Shown piece after piece: positions 63,104-64,000 of a DNA stretch of 64,000 nt (the first letter of the stretch is position 1; each line of letters starts with the position of its first letter). Source of the DNA: a virus; IMG/VR virus record IMGVR_UViG_3300042509_002293, positions 32,080-96,079 of that record, one strand, 5' to 3'. The translations under genes and the position numbers were made by a program. The notes beneath the pieces are model-generated. The model had not been told where the DNA came from. It saw only the letters and a program-made list of their open reading frames with translations, and searched no databases.

Positions 63104-63768
63104 TGGCGTTCCAGTTCCCGCTATTTGATGCCGTGCGGCTGGCGACAACGTCATCGCCGGTGGGTGCGGTTCCGATGACTCTGGCTTGCTGGTTCAACAC
63201 CAACACTGGCAGTAACGGCAGCGGCGCGCTGATGGCGTGTGGCGTTGCGTCGGGGACGCATCGAAATCAGATACAGACAACCGCGCAAGCTGGCGGTACG
63301 CAAACGATTTTGGCAAACGCCATTGGGGCAAGCGGCGTTGCCGGTTCTACAACGGAATCGACAGCGAGCAACTCCTCGTGGGCGCACGCTGCTGGCGTGT
63401 TTGCATCGCTAACATCGCGTACCGCGTACCTAAACGGAGTCGCAGCAATACAAGGGACTGCGGACTGCGGCTCACAAAATCAGGCCGACAGCATCGTCAT
63501 CGGCGCGAGGTGGGCGACAACGCTTGGTTTTTTCTATGAGGGCACGGTAGCCGAAGCCGGCATCTGGAACGTCGCCCTCACCAACGACGAGATCGCTAGC
63601 CTCGCCGATGGCTTCACCTGCGACCGCGTGCGTCCGCAGTCGCTCGTGTTCTACGCGCCGCTGATCCGCGACTTGCACGACATCGCGCGCGGCCTCACCA
63701 TCTCAAACACTAACGCCAGCAACAATCGGTCTGCTTCAGCATTTCCGCACCCGAGGGTCTACGCATGA
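63103..63768 (+). CDS. LamG/concanavalin-like domain protein
   Basis: TLACWF, WAHAAGV, YLNG, IGAR, G.VAEAGIWNVALT..EI. Confidence 0.8.
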   Translation: MAFQFPLFDAVRLATTSSPVGAVPMTLACWFNTNTGSNGSGALMACGVASGTHRNQIQTTAQAGGTQTILANAIGASGVAGSTTESTASNSSWAHAAGVFASLTSRTAYLNGVAAIQGTADCGSQNQADSIVIGARWATTLGFFYEGTVAEAGIWNVALTNDEIASLADGFTCDRVRPQSLVFYAPLIRDLHDIARGLTISNTNASNNRSASAFPHPRVYA

Positions 63769-64000
63769 CGCTCTACTACCGCATCGAAGACCCGTCCGAC
63801 GTGCGCGACCTCGGCGAGCAGATCGCAGCCTGGCTCGCAGTTGGCAACCCCAAGGCAGCAGCATGGGCCGAGCAGCCTCCGCAGCCTTCGCCCGATGCCG
63901 TCTGGTCTGGCGGGCAGTGGGTGACGCCGGCGCCGGCCGTGCCCGAGAGCGTCACGCCGTACCAGTTTCGGATGGCGCTTCTAAGGTCAGGAGTGTCGCT
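63765..64000 (+). CDS. Tail-fibre-associated protein (3' partial)
   Basis: ATGA-coupled; ..AVWSGGQWV..VPESVTPYQFRMAL runs off the window. Confidence 0.6.
   Translation, partial: MTLYYRIEDPSDVRDLGEQIAAWLAVGNPKAAAWAEQPPQPSPDAVWSGGQWVTPAPAVPESVTPYQFRMALLRSGVS

Overview
64 kb of a high-GC, probably temperate siphovirus-like phage or prophage. The host is not determinable from sequence; the gene repertoire is reminiscent of Planctomycetota phages, which is inference only. Almost all genes are on the + strand. Order: (1) tail assembly chaperone with a -1 frameshift, tape measure and tail proteins (1-13.5 kb); (2) tyrosine integrase and HTH switch region (14-16.5 kb); (3) accessory block with a histone-deacetylase-family enzyme, MazG, an ATP-dependent RNA ligase, a tandem array of four structured Y-RNA-like ncRNAs and a Ro60/TROVE protein (16.5-21 kb); (4) a ~11 kb array of small-gene cassettes, each headed by one of 11 repeated sigma70-like promoter/operator elements, with several unrelated upstream genes ending in the same GCCGTGTCATAG junction (23.8-35 kb); (5) recombination/replication genes with a candidate origin (35.8-44.4 kb); (6) auxiliary genes: trypsin-like protease, degenerate bacterioferritin, DNA methylase, two GIY-YIG nucleases, GNAT, CAP, FkbM, glycosyltransferases; (7) lysis-like and tail-fibre/virion genes (54.6-64 kb). 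The best candidate novel systems are the RNA ligase + four-Y-RNA array + Ro60 module (one RNA is a circularly permuted tRNA) and the promoter-delimited shufflable cassette array. A third signal is a window-wide, strand-polarised GTMYGGAYAC motif at gene junctions. All protein calls come from motif recognition by eye, not database searches.
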